A stretch of DNA of 9,427 bases from Octopus sinensis (taxonomy: Eukaryota): contig NW_021827920.1 of assembly GCF_006345805.1 (NCBI RefSeq), forward strand, positions 1 to 9,427. The letters are read 5' to 3'. Position numbers and translations under genes: made by a program. A model generated the notes under the pieces. That model was not told where the DNA came from. It made no database searches and worked only from the letters and a program-made list of their open reading frames with translations. Positions 1 to 8,120 of this stretch are shown here, piece after piece (position 1 is the stretch's first letter; each line of letters begins with the position of its first letter).

Positions 1-158
1 AGTGGTTGGCGTTAGGAAGGGCATCCAGCCGTGTAGAAACACTGCAGATCAGACTGGGCCTGATGCAGCCTTCTGGCTTCACAGACCCCAGTTGAACCGT
101 CCAACCCATGCCAGCAGGGAAAGCGGACGCTAAACGATGTTGATGATGATGATGATGA
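1..158 (+). mobile_element. 3' end of a non-LTR retroposon (SINE or LINE, RTE-type tail) ending in (GAT)n
   Basis: Ends ...GCGGACGCTAAACGATG(TTG)ATGATGATG. A second copy at roughly 80-85% identity (by eye) lies inverted at 2084-2246. The RTE assignment is from recalled similarity only. Confidence 0.8.
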
Positions 159-888
159 AGTCATCAGATATAAGTCTTATATGATAAGGAAAGGTCAATT
201 TGTCAGAAAAAGCAAAAGAAAATCACTTCATCAGATCTAAAAGGCTCTTAACCCTTTAGCATTCAAACAAGCCATATCTGGCCAAAATATTTAACCTGTT
301 TTATGTTGAAACTGACCAGATCTCGTCTCTCACCTCAGCCCTACCATGTCATTCTAAAACTAAAAAATCACATCACTGAAATCTCTAAACTACAAGATAA
401 TGCATGATTAACTCAAAACAATATAAATAAACAAACATCACATTTGACAGAATAATCTGAACACTAAAGGGTTAAAGAAATTGAAAAAGCCAGCAGAAGA
501 AAATTTGATTTGGTTTTTCTCAAACGAGAAAAACTTCAATCAAGATCAAAAAGTTAACAGACGAAATGGCAGATGGTTATGTGCAGACACTTCTGAAGTT
601 CCAAGTGTTATGCAAACAAAATTTCTTGCAACTGTCATGATTTTAGGGGTTGTCAGCAATGAAGGACATGTGATGCTTCCTTACTTCTTTCCACAAGGCC
701 TTAGAATTAACTCTGCCATCTACATTGAGGTTCTGGAAATAATTGTTAAGCCCTGGATAGACAGTGTATGCAACAGAAGGCCATATGTGTTCCACTAAGA
801 CTCTGCGCTATCACACATGGTTACATGGCTCTAGTAACACAGAAATGGATGACCGAAAACTTTCCTGATCACATAACCCCTAACATCG
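155..888 (+). pseudogene. Decayed Tc1/mariner-superfamily transposase fragment (DDD/E catalytic region)
   Basis: Reconstructed frame: IRYKSYMIRKGQF-SEKAKENHFIRSKRLL[MITE]KKLKKPAEENLIWFFSNEKNF...PYVFH*DSALSH[8-bp dup]MALVTQKWMTENFPDHITPNI. This matches the mariner-type FSDEK and QQDxAPxH motifs. Lesions: first D is N (AAC 523-525), TAA at 796-798, frameshifts near 201 and 815-830. It is truncated just before the expected WPxxSPDLNP motif. Confidence 0.9.
248..475. mobile_element. piggyBac-type MITE (220 bp, 252-471) with TTAA target duplication
   Basis: TTAA at 248-251 and 472-475. TIRs CCCTTTAGCATTCAAA (252-267) and revcomp CCCTTTAGTGTTCAGA (456-471) match 13/16. Removing the element plus one TTAA restores the transposase frame: CTC TTA AAG AAA TTG. 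Confidence 0.9.
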
Positions 889-1158
889 TTATTGTCACTA
901 CCATCACCATCACTATCGCCACCATCATCATTATCAATTACCATTATCATCGCCACCACCATTGTCATTGTCACCACCATCATCATCACCATCATCACCA
1001 TCATCATCATCATCATCATCACCACCCCCACCACCACCATCACCATCATCATCATCATCATTATCATCATCATCATTATCATCATCATCATCATCACCAC
1101 CACCACCACCATCACCATCATCATCATCATCATCATTATCATCATCATATTCATCACC

Positions 1159-1210
<52 letters not shown>

Positions 1211-1217
1211 CCATCAC

Positions 1218-1255
<38 letters not shown>

Positions 1256-1548
1256 CCACCACCACCACCACCATCACCATCATCATCATCATCATTCATC
1301 ATCATCATCATCATTATCATCATCATCATCATCATCATCTCTGTCTTCATCATAATCACCACCATCATTACCACTCCACCACTCTTATCATTATCCACCT
1401 TCACCACCACTGCCAACAACAACAACACCTCCACCATCATCACCAACACCACCACCAAGAACAACACCACCAACACCACCACCACCAGCATCACCAGTGC
1501 CACCAACACCACCACCACCAGCATCAGTACCGCACTATTATCCTCAGC

Positions 1549-1583
<35 letters not shown>

Positions 1584-1584
1584 C
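889..1584. repeat. Compound trinucleotide microsatellite (CAT)n/(CAC)n/(CAA)n
   Basis: Directly visible. Degenerate left edge, purer core. Source of the poly-His/Ile/Ser/Met/Asp ORFs. Confidence 0.97.
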
Positions 1585-1665
1585 AAAAGACCTTGTAGAG
1601 TTCTTTCACACAACAGCCATTAAAAAATACTATAAAAAGTAGCACAGACTACAATATTAAAAGCT

Positions 1666-1736
1666 GCACCACCACCACCACCACCGCCACCACCACCACC
1701 GCCACCCACCCACCACCCACCAACAACAACAACAAC
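1666..1736. repeat. (CAC)n(CAA)n microsatellite, (GGT)n on the minus strand
   Basis: Directly visible. Confidence 0.95.
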
Positions 1737-1775
1737 GTCACAAATATACTGATTCTTAATTACAACTCCAAATAC

Positions 1776-1928
1776 CTTTTGTGACAAACAGACTGTCCAC
1801 AGCATGGTGCACAGAACACAAATGATTCTTCCGCAGTCGCCAAACAATCAGGCACTAACTACATACAGCTTGACAAAGGGGAAAGCCGAGCATATCCCAC
1901 AATAATGCTGGACAGCCTGCTGTTTCCA
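1776..1928 (-). other. Candidate 153-nt spliced exon (non-coding, UTR or poison-type); host gene unknown
   Basis: Non-repetitive island, more GC-rich than its flanks. Minus-strand acceptor TCTTTACACTTCACACTTTCAG| (AG at 1930-1929) and donor AAAAG|GTATTT (GT at 1775-1774). Each frame has one stop. No protein family recognised. Confidence 0.45.
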
Positions 1929-2083
1929 CTGAAAGTGTGAAGTGTAAAGATAAATACAGATTTGTTTTATTTAGAGATATCAGACGTTTATTCTTTATCA
2001 TTTATCTTTATATCTTTATGGTTAGTACTTCTTCATTTTGTTCAAATACATACATACATATACATCATACATATACATCATCT

Positions 2084-2246
2084 AATCATAATCATCATCA
2101 TCATCATATCATCGTTTAACGTCCGCCGTTCTCCATGCTAGCATGGGTTGGACGGTTCGACCGGGGATCTGGGAAGCCAAAAGGCTGCACCAGGCTCCGG
2201 TCTTATCTGGCAATGTTTCTACAGCTGGATGCCCTTCCTGACGCCA
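2084..2246 (-). mobile_element. 5'-truncated copy of the same (GAT)n-tailed retroposon as 1-158
   Basis: Revcomp reads TGGCGTCAGGAAGGGCATCCAGC...CGTCCAACCCATGCTAGCATGG...GGACGTTAAACGATGATATGATG, which aligns to 8-158. Confidence 0.85.
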
Positions 2247-2251
2247 TATAC

Positions 2252-2284
<33 letters not shown>

Positions 2285-2295
2285 GTAACATAGGT

Positions 2296-2463
2296 GTAGG
2301 AGTGGCTGAGTGGTAAGTAGCTTGCTTACCAACCACATGGTCCCAGGTTCAGTCTCACTGCGTGGCACCTTGGGCAAGTGTCTTCTAATATAGCCTCGGG
2401 CCGACCAAAGACTTGTGAGTGGATTTGGTAGACGGAAACTGAAAGAAGCCTGTTGCATATATG

Positions 2464-2498
<35 letters not shown>
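2296..2498 (+). mobile_element. tRNA-derived SINE, 5' half only (product of local duplication)
   Basis: A-box-like TGGCTGAGTGG and B-box-like GGTTCAGTCTC, followed by an internal (TA)n(TG)n. Three substitutions relative to 2511-2671. Confidence 0.85.
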
Positions 2499-2499
<1 letters not shown>

Positions 2500-2510
2500 G
2501 TAACATAGGT

Positions 2511-2945
2511 GTAGGAGTGGCTGAGTGGTAAGTAGCTTGCTTACCAACCACATGGTCCCAGGTTCAGTCTCACTGTGTGGCACTTTGGACAAGTGTCTTC
2601 TAATATAGCCTCGGGCCGACCAAAGACTTGTGAGTGGATTTGGTAGACGGAAACTGAAAGAAGCCTGTTGCATATGTATATATATATATATGTTGTGTGT
2701 GTGTGTGTGTGTGTGGTGTGTGTGTGTGTGTGTGCGTGTGTGTCTTTGTTTATCCCTCCCCAACATCACTTGACAACTGATGCTGGTGTGTTTACATCCC
2801 TGTAATTTAGTGGTTCAGCAAAAGTCACCGATAAAATAAGTACTAGGCTTCCAAAGAATAAGTCCTGGAGTCGATTTGCTTGACTAAAGGTGGTGCTCTA
2901 GCATGGCCACAATCAAATGACTGAAACAAGTAAAAGAGAAAGAGA
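2511..2945 (+). mobile_element. Full-length tRNA-derived SINE with internal (TA)n(TG)n microsatellite
   Basis: tRNA-like head, internal microsatellite at about 2672-2742, and a 3' region ...GAATAAGTCCTGG...CAAATGACTGAAACAAGTAAAAGAG shared with the 2951-3745 copy. Confidence 0.88.
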
Positions 2946-2950
2946 TTGGA

Positions 2951-3745
2951 GCAGGAGTGGCTGTGTGGTAAGTAGCTTGCTTACGAACCACATGGTTCTG
3001 GGTTCATTCCCACAGCATGGCACCTTGGGCAAGTGTTTTCTACTATAGCCTCGGGCTGACCAAAGCCTTGTGAGTGGATTTGGTAGGCAGAAACTGAAAG
3101 AAGCCTGCCATATATATGTATATATATATACATATATGCATGTATGTATGTGTATATATTTGTGTGTCTGTGTTTGTCCCCCCCCCCCAATATCGCTTGA
3201 CAATCGATGCTGGTGTGTTTAAAAAGAGACCGATAGAATAAGTACTGGTATGGAAGCACTCCATCGGTTACAACGACGAGGGTTCCGGTTGATCCGAATC
3301 AACGGAACAGCTTGCTCGTGAAATTAATGTGTAAGCGGCTGAGCATTCCACAGACACGTGTACTCTTAACGTAGTTCTCGGGGATATTGAGCGTGACACA
3401 GAGAGTGACAAGGCCGGCCCTTTGAAATACAGGTACAAGAGAAACAGTGAGAAGAAAGAGTGAGAGAAAGTTGTGGTGAAAGAGTACAACAGGGATCACC
3501 ACCATCCCCTGCCGGAGCCTCGTGGAGCTTTAGGTGTTTTCGCTCAATAAACACTCACAATGCCCCGTCTGGGAATCGAAACCGCGATCCTATGACTGCG
3601 AGTCCGCTGCCCTAACTACTGGGCCATTGCGCCTCCACAGAATAAGTACTAGGCTTCTAATGAATAAGTCCTGGGGGGGATTTGCTCGAATAAAGGCAGT
3701 GCTCCGGCATGGACACAGTCAAATGACTGAAATAATTAAAGGCGT
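2951..3745 (+). mobile_element. Another copy of the same SINE, interrupted by a nested SINE
   Basis: Head GCAGGAGTGGCTGTGTGG. The 3' part resumes at 3651 (AGGCTT...GAATAAGTCCTGGGG...CAAATGACTGAAA). There is a small internal deletion near 3220 relative to the 2511 copy. Confidence 0.85.
3247..3638 (-). mobile_element. tRNA-derived SINE (second family) nested in the 2951-3745 SINE, 12-bp TSD
   Basis: Minus-strand head GTGGAGGCGCAATGGCCCAGTAG...GGTTTCGATTCCC. Perfect TSD AGAATAAGTACT at 3235-3246 and 3639-3650. Same family at 8292-8681. Confidence 0.92.
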
Positions 3746-3765
3746 AAAAGAGGGAATAAAGAATA

Positions 3766-4245
3766 TTGGTGTATTAAGATGATGTCCAAGAAATAAATAA
3801 ACAAAAGTGATACATGTTTATTGGTTTATTAAGATAGTGCTTCGAACATAACAAACATAACAAAGGACATAGTGGTATGTTAAGGTGTGTTTGGAGTACA
3901 ACTGAAAACAAATATATATTGGTGTATCCAAGATGGTAATTGGGACATAACAAAAAAACAAAACATATATTGGTATGTTAAGATGTGTTTTGAGTACAAC
4001 TGAAAACAAATGTATATTGTTATATTAAGATGGTTTCTTTTGATGGACCAGTATCCTGTCCAGGGACGAGTATAAACACCAAAGTATCTGGGAAACCAAT
4101 GCTATGAGGTCCATGTGACTCAGAGAAGCTTTATCCATTTTTCATGTTAAGACGGTTTTTGGAAGATAGTAAAAGACAAATATATATATATTGGTATGTA
4201 AATATGGTGTTTGAGCCATAACATATTTAAAGAAATATACATATA
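3766..4245. repeat. Degenerate ~48-bp minisatellite, block 1
   Basis: Units start at about 3766, 3821, 3872, 3919, 3970, 4017 and 4191. Consensus ~TTGGTATATTAAGATGGTGTTTGGAACATAACAAAAGACAAATATATA. Confidence 0.85.
4042..4135 (+). mobile_element. Short SINE 3' fragment
   Basis: GATGGACCAGTATCCTGTCCAGGG...GAAACC resembles GATGGACTGGTGTCCCATCCAGC...GAAACC of the 7371-8120 family and interrupts the minisatellite. Confidence 0.5.
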
Positions 4246-4250
4246 TATAA

Positions 4251-4630
4251 ATTCCCTACTGGGAATAACCAAGTTTATAAATCTGCTGGGTCTCACTCAT
4301 AAGGGAATCTTACATTGCTTATAAACTCTATATTTGGAAGGACTCATTTTAAACTCTTTTGGACTTTACTCATAGGATATTGGAATACTGCATATATACC
4401 ATTATGCCTAAAAAAATGGATTTACAACTTCAATACCCATACATATCTTGCATTTATTTTCTTTCCTCCACCTCACTCTCTATTTTGTATCACATCTAAA
4501 CTAACTATTACTTAACCATCCTCTCACACTGTCTCCGATGAAGGGATATAATAAATATCCTGGAAACAGCTGTAAGACCTTCTATCTATAAATGCTCTAA
4601 TATCTTCACAGCCTTGGTTTTTTTATCTCA
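4251..4630 (+). mobile_element. Probable Penelope-like element pseudo-LTR fragment
   Basis: Bounded by (TA)n tracts and contains a minimal type I hammerhead, a combination typical of PLEs. No RT or GIY-YIG coding sequence recognised. Confidence 0.55.
4531..4578 (+). ncRNA. Minimal type I hammerhead ribozyme motif with U4C core variant
   Basis: Helix I GTCT (4531-4534)/AGAC (4575-4578). Core CCGATGA (4535-4541). Helix II GGGATAT-aataa-ATATCCT (4543-4561). GAAA at 4563-4566. Palindromic helix III ACAGCTGT (4566-4573). Predicted cleavage after GUA at 4574. Confidence 0.72.
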
Positions 4631-4682
4631 TTATACAAAAAATTCATATATATATATATATATATATAAATTTATAAATAAG

Positions 4683-4714
4683 GATAATATCGATATTTAA
4701 ATATCGATATTATC
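4683..4714. repeat. Perfect 32-bp palindrome
   Basis: GATAATATCGATATTTAAATATCGATATTATC is its own reverse complement, checked base by base. Confidence 0.95.
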
Positions 4715-4763
4715 AAGTGGCCAGCATGAGAAAAATACCATACAAAGGTAATAATTTTTTACA

Positions 4764-5027
4764 ACTAAAAATAAGGGTGTCTGAGAGACACCACCATGCT
4801 GAAATAGCAGTCAAATCCCTGACTCTAAAAACCACGTTAAATGTTCAGACAGAGGGACAAAATAGACTAGTAAAAAATATTACTGAATAATTCAAAATTT
4901 TTTGCTAATCTATTTTGTCCCTTTATCTTATCTCATGGTGCAATATGAACATTTAACATGGTTTTTAGAGTCAGGGATTTGACTGCTATTTCAGCATGGT
5001 GGTGTCTCTCAGACACCCTTATTTTTA

Positions 5028-5029
<2 letters not shown>
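4764..5029. repeat. 84-bp inverted repeat (83/84) with 98-bp spacer; MITE or fold-back retroelement fragment
   Basis: 4764-4847 versus revcomp of 4946-5029 has a single CpG-type mismatch. No matching TSD found. Confidence 0.9.
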
Positions 5030-5069
<40 letters not shown>

Positions 5070-5553
5070 TATATATTATATATATAATAATAGTAGGGAA
5101 TATAATTCCAAAACTTACAGGGAAAATTCAATTTAACAATTTTTAATCAAATTTCACAATATATAATATATGTATTTATATAATTTAGAGAAAACCTCTA
5201 TTAAACAATTCAATAGTTAGGTTTTTCTCAAAATTATACACACACACACACACATACACACACACATACAAACACATACACACATATATATATAATATAT
5301 ACATAAATTAGAGAGAAACCACTATTATGTAATTCAAACAATGACAGACATAAACCAATACATAAATACAAAATAAAATATATCATAAAACATATAACTA
5401 GATCACAAAAAGTACAAAACGATGCATAAACGAAATATAATAAGTAAAAAGACATGGATTTTCTCCAATTTATATATATTATATATATATATTGGGAAAT
5501 TTTATCTAATACTAAATTGAATTTTTCCTTGTAAGTTTGGAGTTATACTCCCT
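5030..5553. repeat. (TA)n/(CA)n-embedded AT-rich interspersed repeat fragments in both orientations
   Basis: 5095-5134 and 5514-5553 are ~40-bp inverted copies with 3 substitutions and 2 indels. There is a hairpin at 5179-5238, and AGAGAAAACC(T/A)CTATTA is repeated at ~5187 and ~5309. Family unassigned, possibly PLE-related. Confidence 0.6.
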
Positions 5554-5554
5554 G

Positions 5555-5591
<37 letters not shown>

Positions 5592-5594
<3 letters not shown>

Positions 5595-6157
5595 TAGTTT
5601 TATTTTTATAGTGTGCTTTCACTTCACTACCGAGCACAGCTCTGTGTGCCTTGGGTATGTGCTGTGATTTGTTGTGATGCTCTGATGGTTATTGTATGGA
5701 AAGTGTTCTGCGTAGGATGTGTGCAGTGCCTAGTAGTGCAATTTTCTGTATGTTATATGTGTTTGTAAGTCCTGGTGTTTTTGTTATGTATTTGTCTGAA
5801 TATTTTTTTATCATGCCTAATGCACCAACTATGATAGGAATTGTTTCTGTTTTTAGATTCCACATTCTGGTTACCTCCATTTCCAGGTCTTTGTATTTTG
5901 AGAGTTTCTCCATTTCTTTTAGAGACACGTTGTCATCAGCCGGTATTGATACATCAATTAGAAAGCATTTTTTTAATTCATGATCCTGACAACTATATCT
6001 GGTCTGTTGGCCTTAATTTCTCTATCTGTGTGTATCGGCATATCCCAGAGTAGGTTGCTTTCTCGTTTTCTGTGACCTTTCTGGTGTGTGCCTATACCAT
6101 CTTTTTTTCTGTTGTATTCCATAATGTTGGCATAGCTTCCATGTATGTAGGTTCCAA

Positions 6158-6159
<2 letters not shown>
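5592..6159 (-). mobile_element. 5'-truncated R4/Dong-like non-LTR retrotransposon: restriction-like endonuclease C-terminus plus 3' UTR
   Basis: Frameshifted translation ...HxKLCQHYG...WYRHTPE...LWDMPIHTDREIKANRPDIVV...KKCFLIDVSIPADDNVSLKEMEKLSKYKDLE...ILRRTLSIQ* contains the PD..D..K REL motif. Stop at 5689 and an (AAT)n tail. Confidence 0.88.
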
Positions 6160-6208
<49 letters not shown>

Positions 6209-6242
6209 CATATTATTATCATTATTATTATCATTATTATTA

Positions 6243-6288
<46 letters not shown>

Positions 6289-6290
<2 letters not shown>

Positions 6291-6470
6291 GTTTGACTTT
6301 TGCTTTATATTTGTACAAGTTGGCTCCAAGTCTCACCCAGAGACTTCAAGAGACAACAGGTTGGAAGTTCACATTGTTGTTATGCCTAGTGTGCCATATA
6401 TTTGGTTGTTTTTTGTGTTGTACTAGTGGATGTCTAAAAAAAAAATGTTTGTTTTAAACCTTGAGATTAC
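6289..6470 (-). mobile_element. Probable 3' UTR fragment of a second (TAA)n-associated LINE family
   Basis: Unique 182-bp sequence between (TTA)n tracts. The minus strand ends ...GTCTCTGGGTGAGACTTGGAGCC...CAAACATAATAAT. It does not align to the 3' UTR at 5592-5689. The family call is from recall and context. Confidence 0.55.
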
Positions 6471-6500
6471 ATTATTATTATTATTATTATTATTATTATC

Positions 6501-6540
<40 letters not shown>

Positions 6541-6542
6541 TA

Positions 6543-6646
<104 letters not shown>

Positions 6647-6649
6647 TAA

Positions 6650-6962
6650 TTGGTTTATGAGATCGTATTTGGGAAATAAGGTAAATAATATTGGTATATT
6701 AAAATGGTGTTTGAGACGTAATTAAAGACAGATATATATATATTGGGAAATTAAGATGGTGTGTTGGGGAATTAATTAACAAAAGACAAACATACATTGG
6801 TCTCTTAAAATGGTGTTTGAGTCATAAACAAAATACAAATATATAAATTGGTATATTAAAATGGTACTTGGAACAAAATAAAATACAAATGTATTTTGGT
6901 ATTTTAAGATGGTGCTTTGAATATAACTAAAGGCCAATATATATTAGTACTGTATATTCCTA
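6650..6962. repeat. ~48-bp minisatellite, block 2
   Basis: Units at about 6650, 6691, 6743, 6797, 6848, 6896 and 6944. Confidence 0.85.
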
Positions 6963-6963
6963 T

Positions 6964-7304
6964 GTGAAGGTGCATGACTCAGTGGTTAGAGTATCGAGCT
7001 TACGATCGTGAGGTTGTGAGTTCGAATCCCTGACTGAGCTGCGTGTTGTGTTCTTGAGCAAGACACTTTATTTCACGTTGCTCCACTTCACTCAGCTGTG
7101 GAAATGAGTTGCGACATCACAAGTGCCAAGCTGTATTGGCCCCTTTGCCTTTCCCTTGGATAACACTGGTGGCATGAAGGCGGAGGCCGGTATACATGGG
7201 TGACTGTTGGTCTTCCACAAACAACCTTGCCCGGACTTGTGCCTGGGGGGGGTAACTTTCTAGGTGCAATCCTATGGTCTGTGTCATGACCAAAAGGGGG
7301 TCTC
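6964..7304 (+). mobile_element. Full-length tRNA-derived SINE with CORE-like central domain
   Basis: A-box TGACTCAGTGG and B-box GAGTTCGAATCC. Central TTGAGCAAGACACTT...CTCAGCTGTGGAAATGAG resembles the CORE domain. Degenerate TSD TGTATATTCCTA (6951-6962) / TGCATATTGCTA (7305-7316). Confidence 0.85.
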
Positions 7305-7370
7305 TGCATATTGCTAATGGTACTTTGAACATAACAAAAGACAAATATTTATTGGTATATTAAGATGATA

Positions 7371-8120
7371 TGGAGGCGCGTGGCTTAGTGGTTAGGGTGT
7401 CAGTACCATGATCGTAAGATTGTGGTTTCAATTCTTGGACTGGGTGACACGTGTTCTTGAGGAAAACACTTCATTTCACATTGCTCCAGTCCACTCAGCT
7501 GGCAAAAATGAGTAAAACTGTGATGGAATACATACAGCTGGGGAATACATACACCATTGAAACCGGGAAACTGGATCCATGAGCCTGGCTAGGCTTTAAA
7601 AGGGCACAAGTGGAGGTGCATGGCTTAGTGGTTAGGGTGTCAGCATCATGATCATAAGATTGTGGTTTCGATTCCTGGACCGGGCGACGCATTGTGTTCT
7701 TGAGCAAAACACTTCATTTCACGTTGCTCCAGTCCACTCAGCTGGCAAAAATGAGTAACGCTGCGATGGACTGGTGTCCCATCCAGCTGGGGAACACATA
7801 TGCCATAGACACCAGGAAACCGGGCCCATAAGCCTGGCTAGGCTTTAAAAGGGCACAAGTGGAGGTGTGTGGCCTAGTGGTAAGGGTGACAGCATCATCA
7901 TCATAAGATTGTGGTTTCAATTCCTGGACCGGGCGATGCGTTGTGTTCTTGAGTGAAACACTTCATTTCACGTTGCTCCAGTCCACTCAGCTGGCAAAAA
8001 TGAGTAACGCTGCGATGGACTGGTGTCCCATCCAGCTGGGGAACACATATGCCATTGAAACCAGGAAACTGGGCCCATGAGCCTGGCTAGGCTTTAAAAG
8101 GGCGCAGTTATTTTTATTTT
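7371..8120 (+). mobile_element. Head-to-tail trimer of a tRNA-derived CORE-like SINE with one 16-bp TSD
   Basis: Units are 7371-7610, 7611-7859 and 7860-8107, with a (TTATTT) tail to 8120. TSD TATATTAAGATGATAT at 7356-7371 and 8121-8136. Confidence 0.93.

Noticed and set aside
481-798. Intact or domesticated transposase gene
   Set aside because: Catalytic D-to-N change, nonsense codon, frameshifts, MITE insertion and truncation.
768-1642. Long poly-His/Ile/Ser/Met/Asp ORFs (195-243 aa) as a metal-binding or biomineral protein
   Set aside because: They are open on both strands and in nearly all frames because the trinucleotide units lack stops. The only complex portion is the mariner remnant.
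1848-1850. Selenocysteine TGA in the phase-0 frame of the candidate exon
   Set aside because: No CxxU/UxxC or recognisable selenoprotein context, and no SECIS is assessable in the window. Kept only as a remote option.
2021-2027. Perfect TACTAAC branch-point on the minus strand
   Set aside because: About 90 nt from the acceptor with several intervening AG dinucleotides, so likely chance.
2109-3782. Repeated short ORFs (MVGKQATYHS..., MFSLNKHSQ...) as a peptide family
   Set aside because: They are translations of repeated SINE copies.
4025-4158. TSD TTAAGATGGTTT/TTAAGACGGTTT around the short SINE fragment
   Set aside because: Cannot be distinguished from ordinary minisatellite unit repetition.
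4251-4530. GIY-YIG endonuclease C-terminus upstream of the hammerhead
   Set aside because: No frame gave a recognisable motif, so the Penelope assignment rests on the ribozyme and context only.
4780-4826. Possible hammerhead in the 84-bp arm (CTGAGAGA...GAAATAGCAGTC)
   Set aside because: The core does not fit CUGANGA, and helices I and II cannot be formed.
5696-5983. Plus-strand 95-aa hydrophobic ORF
   Set aside because: Antisense shadow of the LINE endonuclease coding region.
7371-8120. CRISPR-like array or tRNA gene cluster
   Set aside because: The units are whole ~245-bp SINEs with no unique spacers. The heads have A/B boxes but no complete cloverleaf, and the array has a tail and TSD.
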